Source: Cyanophora paradoxa CCMP329 (Eukaryota; Plantae; Glaucophyta). From it: DNA of 64,000 nt. The position numbers and the translations under genes were made by a program. The stretch lies in NCBI GenBank assembly GCA_004431415.1, contig QPMI01000050.1, positions 6,796-70,795 of the forward strand, in the 5' to 3' direction. The notes beneath the pieces are model-generated. The model made no database searches. It had not been told where the DNA came from and saw nothing but the letters and a program-made list of their open reading frames with translations. Below are positions 45,719 to 59,553 of the stretch, one piece after another. Numbering within the stretch: the stretch's first letter is position 1; each line of letters starts with the position of its first letter.

Positions 45719-47064
45719 TCAAAGCATCGAATCCTCAGAGAATGAAACACGAGAGAAGTCTTCTAGCAAGATCTGGGTCAACAGAAAGGTCAGAGATGCA
45801 CTGAAAGTCAGGGGGTGGAACAAAGGCACCTCCTCATCAGCTTCAGCAGAGCAGTCGCAATGTATGCTGGGCATCTCGTCGGAATACGTGGCTGTGTGCA
45901 CATCCTCTGCCCACTCCTCTTGCAAGGATATTGCTGCTGCAAGCTGCTTGCTGATAGCACTCGACAGCTTGACAATGCCTGCTCTTTGTGCTACCTTCAC
46001 AGCATCCTGAGGAGCCGGAGGCTGCGGGCCTTCTTCCACCGCCTTGCTGACTTCCTGCGAGCAGCAAACATCAAACCACGTTATTGATCATGCATTGCTA
46101 TAGTCCTGTGTAAAGAGTTCGCACCGCTACTGGTGCCGGAGCGGCAGCCTGCAACAGATCAAAGAATCAGTGCACCTTCAGGATACTAAGACAATGAAAA
46201 GACGAAGACCGACCGCTGCAGGCTTCGGCGGATTCGCTTTTGCTGCCTCGGCTGCTGCTAGTTCATGGTAGTGTGGGAAGTATGACTCTTCCTCGAACAG
46301 GTACAGCATCGCCTTCTTGTACTCATCACACGATATCAAGCCATCTGAAGTCGTCATGTCGGGGTCGGGCGAGTCTGTGCGGGCGTGAGCGAACTTCCAC
46401 GGGCAAGCGTGGCAAGGCACACCAAACATGTTGCCGAAACTCTTTGCCGTCTCCGCCGCATCCTCGGCGGAGAGTTTGTGCGCTGCAGGATGTCTGAGCG
46501 ATGTCGCTCACAGGCAAGCTGAGCGCAGCGCACCCTGCAGCAGCTGGAGGAGCGTCTCCGGCATGAAGGTCTGCACATGATTCTCGAAGACCTCGCCAGC
46601 GTGCTCCTCGAGAAACTCGCGAGCAGGCCGCCCTGCGCAGGCCGCGCGCGTGAGGCCGCCGCAGTCCGCCCGCCGAGCTGCAACCGACGGACGGGGCACG
46701 CGAACCTCGCGGGTCGGCCGGCATGTACGACGCCTCATGCGCCTCTAGCTTGCCAGCGTCGAACAGCCCTAAGCAGCACTGGATAAACTGCGGCGCCGCG
46801 CGTCAGCAAAGACCTGGCGTTACCTTGGAGCTCGGTCCGCACCTCGCCCTTATCCATAATGTTCACCTCGCCGCTGGAGTTCAGGGCATTATCGGCCGCT
46901 AGGTCTGACGCCTCATCCGCCGAAAAGCCAAACGCCGCGACCAGCACTTCATCAAGCTCGTCCACGACGATGGCCTTGCCGCCGGCAGTCAGGCAGTCAC
47001 GCTCCAGATCGGCCTCGAACATCTCCAGCGCCGTCGGCGTCGTCTTCGGTGCCGCCGCCGCCAT
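45719..47064 (-). CDS. Hypothetical EF-hand-like host protein, multi-exon
   Basis: DMTTSDGLISCDEY and NSSGEVNIMDKGE EF-loop-like segments. Confidence 0.4.
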
Positions 47065-47553
47065 GTCTGCTGTCAGAGACTGCTGAAGGAAGGGGGGTAC
47101 GCTGACGTCGACGTTATCACTTCGCGAGGGCGCCGGCTGACTCAGTGAGGAATTCGAAGTTGACGTCGGCGGCCCGGCTAACGCTTTAGTGATAGCTATG
47201 TATGGGCTCCGCTATGGCTTCAAATTCGGCTGTATACGTACATGCATCGTGAACTTTACGGCAATATTGCTGGCTGGCAATATTAATGGCGCTGGCAATA
47301 TTAATGGCGCCGCCGCGCGCGGCGCCGGCGCCCGCGGCCGGGCCGACTGCGAACGTCGGAACGTCGGACTCTCCGGGACGGCTCAGCGGCTAGTCGCCTC
47401 ATGATCAGGGTCTGGGCATGGCGCGGACGAGCACCCCAGGGCCCCGGCCCCGGCCCCCGGGCCCGCGCGGCGGCGCGGCGGCCTGATAGGAATTATATTA
47501 TTTATTTATATAATTATATAAATACTTATAACTATGGGCCTCGGCGGCCTGGC

Positions 47554-49690
47554 CTACAGGAGTGCCTCGTGGTGGGCCGCCGCCGCCCCCTCCACGGCGG
47601 CCGCCGCGTCCATCTCGAACGAGTACGCCGCCTCCGCTCCCTGCGCGCCGTCCGCCTCCGGCCCCTGCGGGCGCGAACGGGCCCCTCGGGTTCGGATCGG
47701 GCCGGAGAGCTTAAGCGGGGGTACAGGGGCGCACGTCGACGGCGAACGCGGCGTCGTCGGCGCCGAGGGTGTCGGCCTCCGCGGCGGTGTAGGCGCTGAC
47801 GGCGACTGCGTTGGAGTCCTCGTCGACCTGCCGGCGGCGGCGGCGGCGGGGGGGCGCAGGGGGACGGGTATCGCGTCACGTCAGCGAAGGGGGGTGGGCC
47901 GGCCGAGGGGTACGTAGCCCTGGGCACGCGGCTCGCCTGGAACACGACCCTGAGGCCGCCGGAGTTGCCGCCAGCATTCCCGCCCTTAATAAGCTGCACC
48001 GGAACTTCTCAGTGAGCGCCGTACGATGGTCCCGGAGTCCTCACTCAGGGGGGGGGGGGCACCTTGCCCTGCTCCTCGTAGTCCCTGATCCTGTCCAGGA
48101 CGCGCTGGGCCGCTTCCTGGGCCTTCTGCAGCTGCTCCGGGTACGACCCCGCCGGCTGCTCCACGGGGGGATGAGCGCCCGCTTCTCGGTGGTGGTGGGG
48201 GGGGGAACCGCACCTTCGAGAAGCGATCCCACTCGCGCCCCACGTCGCTGTCGCCGCCGACCCCGCGAGTGACTGCGCCGCGCTCTCTCTTCAAAAGATG
48301 CACGCTTGTGCCGCGCCGGGCGCTGGCGCTGGCGCACGGTTGCCCCAATTGGCCTTCAGAGCCAGAGGCTGCACGTCCTTCTTGAGAGTCGCGCTCATCA
48401 TGTTCATTTTCTGCGATCAAGTCACGGTCACACATACGGCGGGTCTACACATTGCAGGCCGCGCGCACGTCGGAAATCCACTTCGATGCCGCCATATTTT
48501 CCATTACAACCTGGGGCGGCGTGAGCATGGGGCGAATCCGCGGGGGTACGCTAGTCCTCACCTTCTTCAGTTCACCCGACAACACGTTCTCCGCGTCCGC
48601 TTGCTTCACCGTGAGGCCCGTCGACGGGTCCTTGGGGTTCACGAGCGTGCCGTAGCTGCGGGCCGGGGTACATCGGCGCAGGAGGGCGAAGAGGGGGTAC
48701 GTGAACGCACTTGGGGTACTTGCCCTGGATTGCAGGCTTGTGCGGGGCCCTGCAAGGGAGCGGGCGTTCGACGGTTCGCGATCTGGACGGAAGAAAGGCC
48801 CGGGGCGGGGGCCAGGGGCCAAGTCCACGCACTTGCCCCACAGATACATCTTGTTGTTCGAGACGGCATTGTCGTAGCTGGTCGCCTCGGGGACCGGATC
48901 TGCCCCATAGGTTCGGCATCCCCGAGAGGAGCGTGAGCGAAGGGGAGGCCCGCACCGAGGATTGAAGTGCTGCCGCCGCCTGGCCGCGCCCTCGTCAGGC
49001 TGGAAGGATCCAGGGGGAGACAGGGCAGCCTCGCACCGGTGTGGATCTCGTAGCTCGAGTGCTTCCCGCCGTTTTGGGCAAACCAGTCCTGAGAGGGCCG
49101 GTCAGGTTGGGGCCGCAGGGCGCGGGCAGCAGCACACTGCGCACGGCAGTGGCCTTGCGGGCGGGCTCCGCCTGGCCCATTAGCCGGTCGTCCACCGAGA
49201 TGCAGTGGAACTTGCCGCCCAGCTTCACGGCCTGCGAGGCGCCGGCGCTTCAACGCCACAGCATCCGCGCCTGTGGCAGGGAAACTTTTGCCTTCCACGG
49301 ATAGCCGTCGTCGAGAGGGCAGCACATCTGCGAGGCGCATTCGCGGCGAGCCCGGGTCGTTCACGGTGCAATCCGCTCACCTTGCCCTGTTCAACGTCGA
49401 CGCCGGATTGCGACTCGTAAGCAGAAACCAGCTTGTAGATCTGCGCAATCATTAGGCGGAATCAACGCGTACGATTCCAGGTTAGACGGGATGCGAGTGG
49501 GACGCGCATGCTGGACAGGCGGTGCGAGAATGTCCGTCTTGGGCAAGCACCCGGAGACCTCCAGATTCCCGTGCGTGCCCGCCGAGCGTGGCATCTCGAC
49601 GCGTGCGAGCGCGCCATGCCGAGGGCGCTGCATGTCGAAGTCGCCATTGCCACCCATGCTGGGAGCCGGCGCCTCTGGCAAACGGTGCAT
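47554..49690 (-). CDS. Hypothetical host protein, multi-exon; boundaries uncertain
   Basis: Series of codon-biased exons (KLGGKFHCISVDDRL…, MYLWGKCVDL…, YGTLVNPKDPSTG…). Confidence 0.4.
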
Positions 49691-50545
49691 GCTTAACATC
49701 TTGGCGTAGCCTCGGGATGGCTATACGGGAACCCGGCTGCAACCGGCAAAGTCAGCTCATCGAACGGCAACCCAGACAACACGGCAACACTCTGGTCACG
49801 GTAAAATAGAGTCCAAGGAGTCTCCGAACCTGGCGAACTTGGCGCGCGGCCTGCGAACTTGGGGTAAAGTTTTGATTACCACATGAGGGGTACACGCCGT
49901 GACGTCATGCCACGGTGCATGCACATGCAATATGTACAGCTCTAGATCTAGAAGTACTAGTTGCCGAAGTTAACGTGCTATATATAAGCCTTGAAGTTTT
50001 TTAAAACGTTACGGAGTCAAATTTTAAAGCCTTGCCGGGCCCGGGGTCTTTTGAAGTCTCAGCTAGCGCTGCATGCGCATACGCAGCGCTAGCTGCAGCC
50101 TGGCAGCTGCAGGCCTATAGCTAGCTATAGGGGTCTCACGGTCTTAAGCTTTATAAGCTTGAAGCCTTGCCGCAGTATATCGATATCATATCATAGTATC
50201 GATCAGTGTGTGCATATGCATATATGATCATGCATACGCATGCTCATGCATATGATCAAGCTTGAGCTTGAGCTCATTCGCATGCGCATGTAACTTTGGA
50301 AGAAAATTGCCTAGCTATAGTAGACGTCGACGTTAACTGTCGAATTCGAACTAATTTGCAAACAGATTCCATATTGCAGCTTTAATCCCCCGGGGCCCTC
50401 TAGAACTGCTGCAGCAGTGCCACTGTGGGAAGCGAGAGAGAGAGAAACAATCAACATTTCAATTCTCACAAGACTTGGGGAGAGAGATTCTGAGAGAGAG
50501 GGAGTGAGAGAGATGTACACTATACATGAAACGCGCGAAGAGCAG

Positions 50546-52047
50546 CTAGTGTGCAGGTGTGCTAGAACCAGCCTGCTGGAGGTTGGAGCCATAGAAGAGA
50601 CTGGACAGGGAGAGGCAGGCGTTGAAGGTGGAGTCTTGTAGATAGTTCAGGCGAGCATCAACCGCCTTCATTTCTTGTTCCAGTTGCTGCACAATAGCAT
50701 GTATCTCTGCTTTCCTTTGTCGAAGGGAAAAGACCTCCTGCTGAAGGGAGACAAGGGCTATTGCTGGATCTCCAGAGTCTGCAGCTTCTCCAGTCTGGCC
50801 AAGAGAAGCTATGTGACTATCTCCTGAGATGCCGCTGGCATCCTCAAATGAATGTGTTCCAGAAGATCCCGGCTCTCCTGCGTCCCCTCCGCTGCTCGAT
50901 GGCTCTGCTCCATCTGGCTGGCTGGATGTGCTATAAGAAAGCTTCGACGTAGATTCGCGTCCATTGCCGGCCCCAGAGCTCGAGGCTGCATCGTCCTTCT
51001 TCTTCTTATCGCCAGTGCTCTTCTTCTTTTTCTTCTCCTTGTCAGCTGAAGCTGCTGGCTTGGAGTCGTTGATGAACGCCAGCACCTCGTCGACAGGCCT
51101 GAGCTGGATGTCCTTTGGTTCGGGCGCTGTCAGCTGCGGTCGTTTGGAATCCTCCAGCTCCCGCCGCTTCTTTGCATAGAGCTGGTTGAGCAGCCGGACC
51201 CTCGCATCCTCCAAACCGAACGGGATTGGCGCGTACTGCTCCTCTAGAGAGAGATCATTCTGAATGTTAAAGGTCTCGCGGATCTCTGCTCGGGCGCGCG
51301 TAAGCGGCCTTGCTCACGAGGAGCACGGCGGGAGAGCGTGTGGGGCGGACCGTCTGGATTCTTCCCTTCGATCCTCCGCGCGATTGCTCGGCAAGTGAGG
51401 TGGATGAGGGCCTTGATGTCCAGCGCATGGGCGCTCGACGCAAGCTCGCAGAGTCGCCCAGTGTCCATCCTCGTGTACTTCTCGTTGAACTGCTTCCTGT
51501 GCATCTCAGAGAGATCCTTCTTTGCGTGGAACTCCAGGAACTCGATGATCTTCTCGAGCGTGCTAGCGTTCACCTGTAGCGGCAGCTCGCGCTCAGCTCC
51601 TGCGCGAACGCCCAGAAGCCAGACGCGAGGCGCACCTTTGGCAGATCAATGCGCTTAGTTGGAGAGCCGTTCTCGAATTCATTGCGGATGTAGGCGGATG
51701 CGAACGCGGTGCTCGCCGGCAACGTGAAGTCCTGCACGAGGAAGCGGTCGCGCTCGCGCGTACGCGCAAGAGGAGAGTGCGACACACCTTTCCATCGGAC
51801 GTGCGCACGAGCACGCTCACGCCTTCGAGGTCGGCCGACTTCGGCACCAGCTCCTTGCACTTCGGCGACGGGCTCCTGCCCGCAACCAGCTCCTTGCACT
51901 CGCTAAGCGCCATCCCGGGCCAAGCTGTGCAGGCGCTGAGCTGCCGCAATGCTCTTTGAGGGGTACACAAACACGAGCCAATTCGAGCCGGAAAGCATAC
52001 GGACCAGCTGGAGGCCTAGCGACCGGCTCGGGACGATTTGCTAGCAT
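50546..52047 (-). CDS. SKP1-like protein (ASK20/21 type), multi-exon
   Basis: VRTSDGK, VNASTLEKIIEF, LCELASSAHALDIKALIHLTCRAIARRIEGKNPD.EIRETF, RVRLLNQLYAKKR. Confidence 0.88.
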
Positions 52048-52076
52048 CGCAGAGTCGCAAAGCGTAGCCGGGCGCG

Positions 52077-55000
52077 ATGCCGCCCAAGGCCGACAAGAAG
52101 GCCAAGGCGGAGGCGGTGGAGGTGCCGGTGGAGCTGCCGCCAATATGGGACGATCCTCACTTCCAGGCGAGCCCGTGCCGCCCTGTCCGCCGCCCTGCCG
52201 CCCGCCCGTGACTAAGGCAGCCCGCTCTGCGCCTGCGCAGGTTCCGTGGCATGCGTACACGTGCGTTGTGGAGGCAGACGATGGTTTTGATAAGAGCGTG
52301 TTGTCGGCCTTCACGCACATGCCGGAGGAGAGCGTCTATGTCTTCAGCTTGATGGCCCTGCACCAGGAGGTGGGCAGCGGCATCCCGCGAGTGCGAGAAT
52401 CCCAGCGCCCGCGCTGAGCGATGCGGCAGGTCGCAGCATCGACGGAGACTGACCCAGTGACGGTCGCCATCAAGCAGCAGATCAACTCGGGGCAGGAAGT
52501 GTCCTACGAGAACGTGCTGCGCTGGCTGCGCTCCAAAATCACGGCCATCAAGGCCGTGAAGAAGGCCAAGCTCGACGAGGAGGCTGCTGTCAAGGCGGTG
52601 AGCCGGCCGCGAGCCCGCGCGGATGGCCCGTGCGCTGAGGCGGCCCGCGCAGCAAAAGGAGGCGGAGGCGGCGGCCGCAGCGGAGGCCGAGGCGCAGAAG
52701 AAGGCGGCGGAGGCGGCGGCGGCGGCGGCGGCGGGGATTCCCGACGGGGCGGCGAACCCCGACGGGATGGACCTGGCGGGCGAGGAGGCCGGCATGCCGC
52801 AGGAGGGCTTCGACGCGGCCGGCGGCGCGGGCCTCGGCGGGGACGGCGAGGACGGCGAGGAGGGCCGCCCGCCCGCCAAGAAGGAGCTCCCCCTCGGTGC
52901 GCGCGCGCGCGCGGGCTCGCGCGCGGCCCTGCACACGAGTCCGCGCCGCGGGCTGAGCGCGGGCCGGGCCCGTGGCGCAGAGGGCGAGCCCGTGGACGCG
53001 TTCGTGTTCCTCGTGGGCTTCCCGCGGGACGCCGTCCAGCTTCAGGCGATGGCCTTCAACAACCTGCTGGTGGACGCGATCCTGCACGTGCGGGGCAAGT
53101 TCGTGGACCCCCTGGAGGCCGAGCTCCTCGCCTCCCAGGAGGGGGCGAACGAGGATGAGGGCGGCGAGGGCGAGGGCGGCGAGGCGAGGCTGAAGAAGAA
53201 GGCGGCGGCCGAGCCGCCGCTGCCGGCGTTCCTGCGGGGCGTGCAGGAGGCGATGGCCGGCTCCGAGCGCTCGTTCATGCACGACATCCAGTGGCTCTCG
53301 GTCGAGGCGGCGAAGCACGCCGACGTCGCCGAGCTGATCCCCTCGCTGCTCCGCGAGGCCCGCGTCGGCGCCCACCTCCGCCGCCTCTACGGCGGCTGGC
53401 TCGCCGCGACGACGCCCCTGGTCGTCCCGTCGTACAGCGGCCCCGAGGCGGCGGACCAGCGGGAGTACGGGCGCGTCCTGGACGCGCTCCCGGCGGCGGC
53501 GGTGGACGTGCAGGCCGTCGTGCACGCCCTCGTGGCGCAGGTCGCCCGCTCGGCCGCCGGCGCCGCCCTGCCGCCTCGCCAGCTCGGCCCCGAGGAGGAG
53601 GCCGCCGCCGCCGCCCGCGAGGTCGCCGCCGCCTTCGACGCCGCCTTCTCCCGCCTCGCCCTCGCCCCGGCCGGCTCCGCCAGCCCGCCGCCGGCCCCCG
53701 GGGCGCCGGCGCCGGCGCAGCCCCCCGCGCAGGCGTCGCCGCGGGCGGCGGAGCCTCCGGAGCCTGCGGTGGTGCGGCACGGAGACCGCATCGGGGAGCG
53801 GCTCTGGCACGCGGCTCTGGGCCACCGGGCGGCCGGCCAGGAGCTGGCGGCCGAGGCGGCCCGCCTGCGGGACCTCCTGCCCTTCCCCGGCGTCGGCGGC
53901 CGCTTCGAGCCAGGGGAGCCGCCGCGCTCCCTGCAGGCCCGCGGGGCGCACCTCGCGGCCCTCAAGCACGCGCTGGAGGCGGCCGGGGGGCCCGGCGCGG
54001 CGCGGCGGGCGCCGCTCCTGCTCCTGGAGGAGCTGGTGCGGGGGGCGGACCCCGGGTACAGGCACGGCTTCGCGGACCGGGCGCTGGTGGAGGCGCTCTC
54101 GCCCGAGGTGCTGCCGCAGGCGCTGACGGAGGCGGCGCGGGCGGCCGGCGAGTGCGGGCAGCTGCTCGCCCGCTACGACGACGTGGAGGACGCGCTGCTC
54201 CTCGCGCTCCACACGCCCGTGCCCCCCGAGCGCGTCGCCGTCGCGGCGCGGGCGATCACCATCCCGCGGCGCCTCTCCTGCGGCGAGTGGCACGCCGTCG
54301 TCGGCGCGCAGCTCAAGGCCGCCTCCACCGGCGAGGAGGGCGACGAGGCGGGTGGCGCCGGCGCCGGCGCGGGGGCGGAGGACGAGGGCGACGGGGACGG
54401 CGAGGCGAGCAGCGCGGTCCCGGGCTTGGAGCCGCCGGTCTTCGTGCGGGCCAGCATGCTGCCCCGCGCGGGCACTGTCTTCGGCATCTCCCGCCGCGAG
54501 GGGCGCCTTGAGCCCAAGACGACTGCGCTGTACCCCGCCGACGCGGGCCGCATCCTCCTGAGCACGCTCTCGGACGCGCGGGGCGCGCTCGTCTCCTCCA
54601 GCGCGGCGGTGCAGCGGGACGGCCACACAATCAGCGTCCACGTGGACCCGGACGCGGTGCCGCCGCCGCCGCCCTTCGACGCGATCGTGCTCTCGGGCCC
54701 CTCGGGCGCCGGCAAGTCGACGCTCATCCGGCGCCTCGTGTCGGACTTCCCCGACACGTTCGCCTTCGCCGTGAGCCACACGACGCGGCCGCCCCGCCAC
54801 GACGAGAAGGTCGGCGTCCACTACAACTTCTGCTCCCGCCAGTTCTTCGAGCAGGGGGTGCGCCCGCCTCTGCTTCCCCTCTGCTTCCCCTCCTTCTCCT
54901 GAGCCTCCCGCCCCGCCCCGCTCCGCCTCAGATCGCGTCCGGGCTCTTCTTCGAGCACTCGGAGGTGCACGGGCACCTCTACGGCACGAGCGTCGTCACC

Positions 55001-58000
55001 CTCGACCGCATCCTCCACGACCGCAAGGTCCGCTCTGCTTATCTCAGCTTAAATTAGCTTGGATAAGACTGTTAATAGAGCTTATAGAGCTTATATTAGC
55101 AAGATTAGATTAGCGAGGTAGATTAGCTTGGATAGCTTAGCTTAGATTAGCTTGGATTAGCTTAGATTTGATTAGCTGACGAGCCTCCTCGGCCCAGGTG
55201 CCCGTGCTTGACATCAACCTCCACGGCGTCAAGTCGCTGCACCGGACGGAGCTGCGGCCCTTCTGCGTCTTCGTGCAGCCGCCCTCGCTCCAGGCGCTCG
55301 AGGAGCGCATGAAGGCCGCCGGCGTGGACGCCGAGCAGGTCGCCAGGCGCCTCGCCGAGGCCGAGGCGGAGATGAAGTGGATCGAGGAGCCGGGGCTCTT
55401 CCAGTCCTCCGTCGTCAACGGTGCGCGCGTTCGCAAAGCCCGGCCCGGCCTAGTCCGGCCTAGCCTTCTGTCTAGCCTTCTCTTCATTCCTGCTAAGATT
55501 CTTCTTCTTCGTCCCCCCAGACTCGCTGGACGTGGCCTACGAGCACCTGAAGGAGGCGGCCTTCGAGCACACGCTCGCGGCGCGCCGCCCGCTCGTCGTC
55601 TCGGGGCCCTCGGGCGCGGGAAAGTCCGCCCTCATCGAGCGCCTCATGGCCGCCATGCCGGTCCGCTTTCACCTTACTACCGACCTTCTATCTAATGTTA
55701 ATCTCTATCTATCTTTCTTACCTTTATCTTTCTTAGGGCCGCTTTGGGTTCTGCGTGAGCCACACGACGCGCGAGCCTCGCCAGGACGAGAAGGACGGCG
55801 TCCACTACCACTTCCGCAGCCGCGCCCAGTTCGAGAAGGATGCGGCGGAGGGGAAGTGCGCGGCGGCCTCTTCTTTCTCGCTTGCTCGCTGCTTTTCCTA
55901 CTGAAGTTCGGGTCCTCCAGGTTCGTGGAGACGTCGGAGGCCCACGGGGAGCTGTACGGCACGAGCCTCGCAGCGATCCGTGCCGTCCTCGGCGGCGGCC
56001 GCACCTGCATCCTCGACCTCGACTCCCACGTGCGCTATTTATAGACGCTCCGACGGGCCCGGCCGTCCTTCTTAGCCGGGCGGGCGGGCGGGCAGGGCGT
56101 GAAGAGCTTGAAGGCGCGGACGGAGCTGCGGCCCTTCTGCGTCTTCGTGCAGCCGCCCTCGCTCGAGGTGCTGGAGCAGCGGCTGCGGGCGCGCGGGACG
56201 GACTCGGAGGAGGTCGTCGCCCGGCGGCTGGCGGCGGCCCCCGCCGAGCTGGAGGCGGCCGAGGAGCCGGGGCTCTTCGACCGCGTCATCGTCAACGACG
56301 ACCTGGAGCGCGCCTCGGCCGAGTTCGCGGAGGCGGCGAAGGCCGTGGACGCGCCGGCGCGCCTCGCGTGGGCCTCCTTCGCGGACGACTCGACGCTGGC
56401 GGTCACGGACCGGGGGGGAGAGACGACCGCGACGCTGACGCTCCCCTCGGGCCTCGTCCTCCGCGCCCACTCCAACGGCGCCCTGGACCAGCACTACCCG
56501 GCGGGGCACCCGCTCGCGCCGCGGCCGCCGGCCGCGCAGGGGCAGCTCCCGGCGGCGCCCGCGGCGCCTCTCACGACCCGCCCGGGCTCCCGCATGCCGG
56601 GCTCCAGCTCCCGGTACCGCTCGGGGGCCGGCGGGCCGGCGGGGACGACGCGCGGGCGCCCCCGAGGTCGGCCGCCGCGTCGTCGGCGCCGGGACGGTCG
56701 TGCGGTACATGGAGGACGGCTCCGCCAGCTGCTCCTGCCCGACGGCAACGTCGCCATCCAGACCGCCCGGGCGCCCGCGCCGCCTCGGCGCCCCCGCCGG
56801 CACATGGACGGTCACCAACTCGGCCGGGCGCCGCTCGGCGCGGCCGCCGGGGGCCGAGGCCGGCTCGGGCTGGCGCTTCGAGGCGGACCTCGGCGTGGCG
56901 GCGGTCACGGACGCGGAAACGGGCGTGACGCTGACGACGCGGGAGGACCTCGTCCTCACCGTGACGGGCGCCACGGAGGACGGCGGCGCGGTCGTCGAGT
57001 TCGCCGACGGGACGCGGCTGACGCGGAGCGGCGACGGCGCGACGACGACGATCGAGGCGGCGCGGTACGCGCGCGTGCGGGTCGAGAACGGCGGCGGGCG
57101 GCGCGTAGCGGAGCTGCCGGACGGCACCCGCATCGGCGTCGTGAGCGCCAGCGGCGAGGTCTTCGTGCAGAAGCCCGACGGGAGCCTCCTGCGGGCCGTC
57201 CGCGGTCGCAAGGTCCTGTACGAGCCGCCCCCGGTCGCCGCCGCCGAGCAGATCGCGGCCGGGCTCCCGCCCCGGAGTCGCCCCGGCCCTCCACCGCCGG
57301 CGAGGCCGAGGCGGCGGCCGCGGCGCCCGCTCCGGCCCATGCCGCCGCCGCCGCGCGCGCCCGGACGACGACGGGAGGATGGGAGGCGTCCGGGCAGCCG
57401 GCCGAGGGGAGCGACCCGCCGGCGGCGCCGGCCTCGCCGCCGCCGCCGCCGCGGCCGCCCTCGCCGCCGCCGCTGGCGACGGGCCGGACGGTCTACACGA
57501 TCGACTACGGGGAGGGCTCCGTAAGCTGCGTGGACGCCGCCGGCTCCCGCTTCGCCGCCCGGCTCGACGGGACGCACTCGGTGAAGCTCGGGCCGCACGG
57601 GCAGCCCGGCGGGGCCCTCGCCGCCCCCGACTTCCACGGCCCCCGCCTCTTCGCCGTCCGGCGGGACGGGTCGGCGCTGGAGTTCCTCCGCGCGGCGGAC
57701 GTCGCCGCGTTCGCCGCGGCGGCCGCCGCGCAGGGCGCCCTCACCTCTGTCCTGGAGGAGGACGTACCCGGGGAGAAGGGCGCCCGCTCGACCGTGACGC
57801 TCACGCGCGTGCGGCCCTTCTTCGCGCCGCCGCCGCCCCTGCCCTCCATGCGGATCCCGGGGCTCGCGGCCGAGCAGCCGCCCGAGTTCACGCGGTACCG
57901 GAGCCTGACGCAGCTGGCGCCGCTGCCCGGCGGCGACGCGGAGGCCGGCTGGGCGGCCCTGGCCGAGGCCCTCGCCAAGTTCCGGGCCTGGCAGAAGGCC

Positions 58001-59553
58001 CAGGACGCCGGCGAGGGCGGCGAGGCGGCCGCGGCTGAGGCGGAGGCGGACGGCCGGAGCGAGGCTGAGGTCGCCGAGGCGCGGGCCGTGCAGGAGCGGC
58101 TCCTGGCGTCCGGCGCCGCGGCGGGGCGCGGCCCGCGGCCCTCCTCCGCCCGCGCGGCGGTCGAGCGCTTCGAGGCGGCGCTGCGGGCGCGCGCGGAGGA
58201 GGAGCGGGCGGCGCGGGAGAAGACCGTGGCGCAGCGGGAGATGATCCGGGGCCAGATCGCGCGGGAGAAGGAGGCCGTCCGCAACGAGAAGGCCGTCGAG
58301 CGCGCCTACACCAACTTCAACCTGGCCAAGGGCATCCTGGAGCCCGAGTACCTCCCGAAGCGGGCGGCGCCGGCGCCCGTGCCGCCCACGTACTTCCACG
58401 CGCCGGACGGGCGTGGCTTCCTCAAGACGAACCCGGAGCTCGACGTCGGCATGATCAAGGCGGCCGGGTCGACTCGGACCCGCCTCGGGCCCTCCGGCAC
58501 CGACCTGCCCGCCGTCAAGGTCCGCTTCCCCCCCACCCCGCCCTTCGCCCCTTGGCCGGTTTCAAGCCGGGCGCGCCCGCGCAGTTCCCGCCGCCCGTGT
58601 CGGAGGAGAAGGCGGCGTCGCGGCGGATCTCGCGGGCGACCCCGGAGGGGCAGGGGCAGGTCTCGGGGTACGCCGGCGGCGGCCGCTCCGGCTCGGCCCC
58701 ATCGTCGCCCCCGCGGGACTCGGCCCCGGCCGGCACGCTCGGCGCGGGGGGTACGGGCACCTGGGGCGCCTCCTCGAAGGGCGGCAGCGCGCGGCCGTCG
58801 CCCCCGCCGCCGCGGACGGTGTACGGGACGGAGCGGCGTGCGCCGCTGCGGGTGCCGAACGTGTACCGGAGCGAGGCGGTGCCGGAGCCGAACGAGCGCT
58901 ACAGCACAGTGGAGGCGCCCGTGAGGCGGCAGCTGCGCACCGCCTCGACGCTCGGCTCGCACGCGCCGCCCGTGGAGACGATGCGCGTCCGGCCGCAGCA
59001 GTTCCGGCTGCACCCGGCGGCCCTGCGCTTCGGCGTCGTGCGGGCCGGCGAGCCGCGGCGGAGGCCCCTCTCCCTCGCCAACACCTCGCTGGACACGGGC
59101 CACTTCCGCGCGGCGATCACGGGCGGCGTCAACGGCCCGTTCCGCGTCCTCTTCAAGCCGGGCCCCGTCTCGGCCGGCATGCGCGTGAAGCTGGAGGTGG
59201 AGGTGACGCCGCCGGCGCCGGGCGAGCTGAGCGCGACCCTCACCGTGACGACCGAGTTCGAGATCTTCAAGGTGGAGGTCACGGCGACGGCCCTCTCCGA
59301 CGAGGAGTACGACGCGTACATGGCCGCCCGCCGCGCCTCCAAGACCACCATCACCCAGCACATCGGTCCGTTTCCGCCCGCCTTGCCTTGCCCGCCCGCC
59401 CGCCCCGCGCCTGACGCGGCCCGCCCCGCAGAGTCCGGCGCGAGGGCCCCCGAGGTCGACGGCGCGAGCAGCGGGGACGACTTCGTTCTGCCCCCCGTGC
59501 CCGGCGCCCTCCCCGCGCCCGGCGCCACTGCGATGCCCGCGCCCCTCGCGTGA
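52077..59553 (+). CDS. SPAG17: SPAG17/PF6-like flagellar central-pair protein with two internal guanylate kinase domains
   Basis: MPPKADKK start; DGT/DGS beta-repeat region; [15 protein letters not shown]; C-terminal PapD-like LRFGVV…[17 protein letters not shown]; two SGPSGAGKS / VSHTTR.PR..E..GVHY GK modules. Confidence 0.7.
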
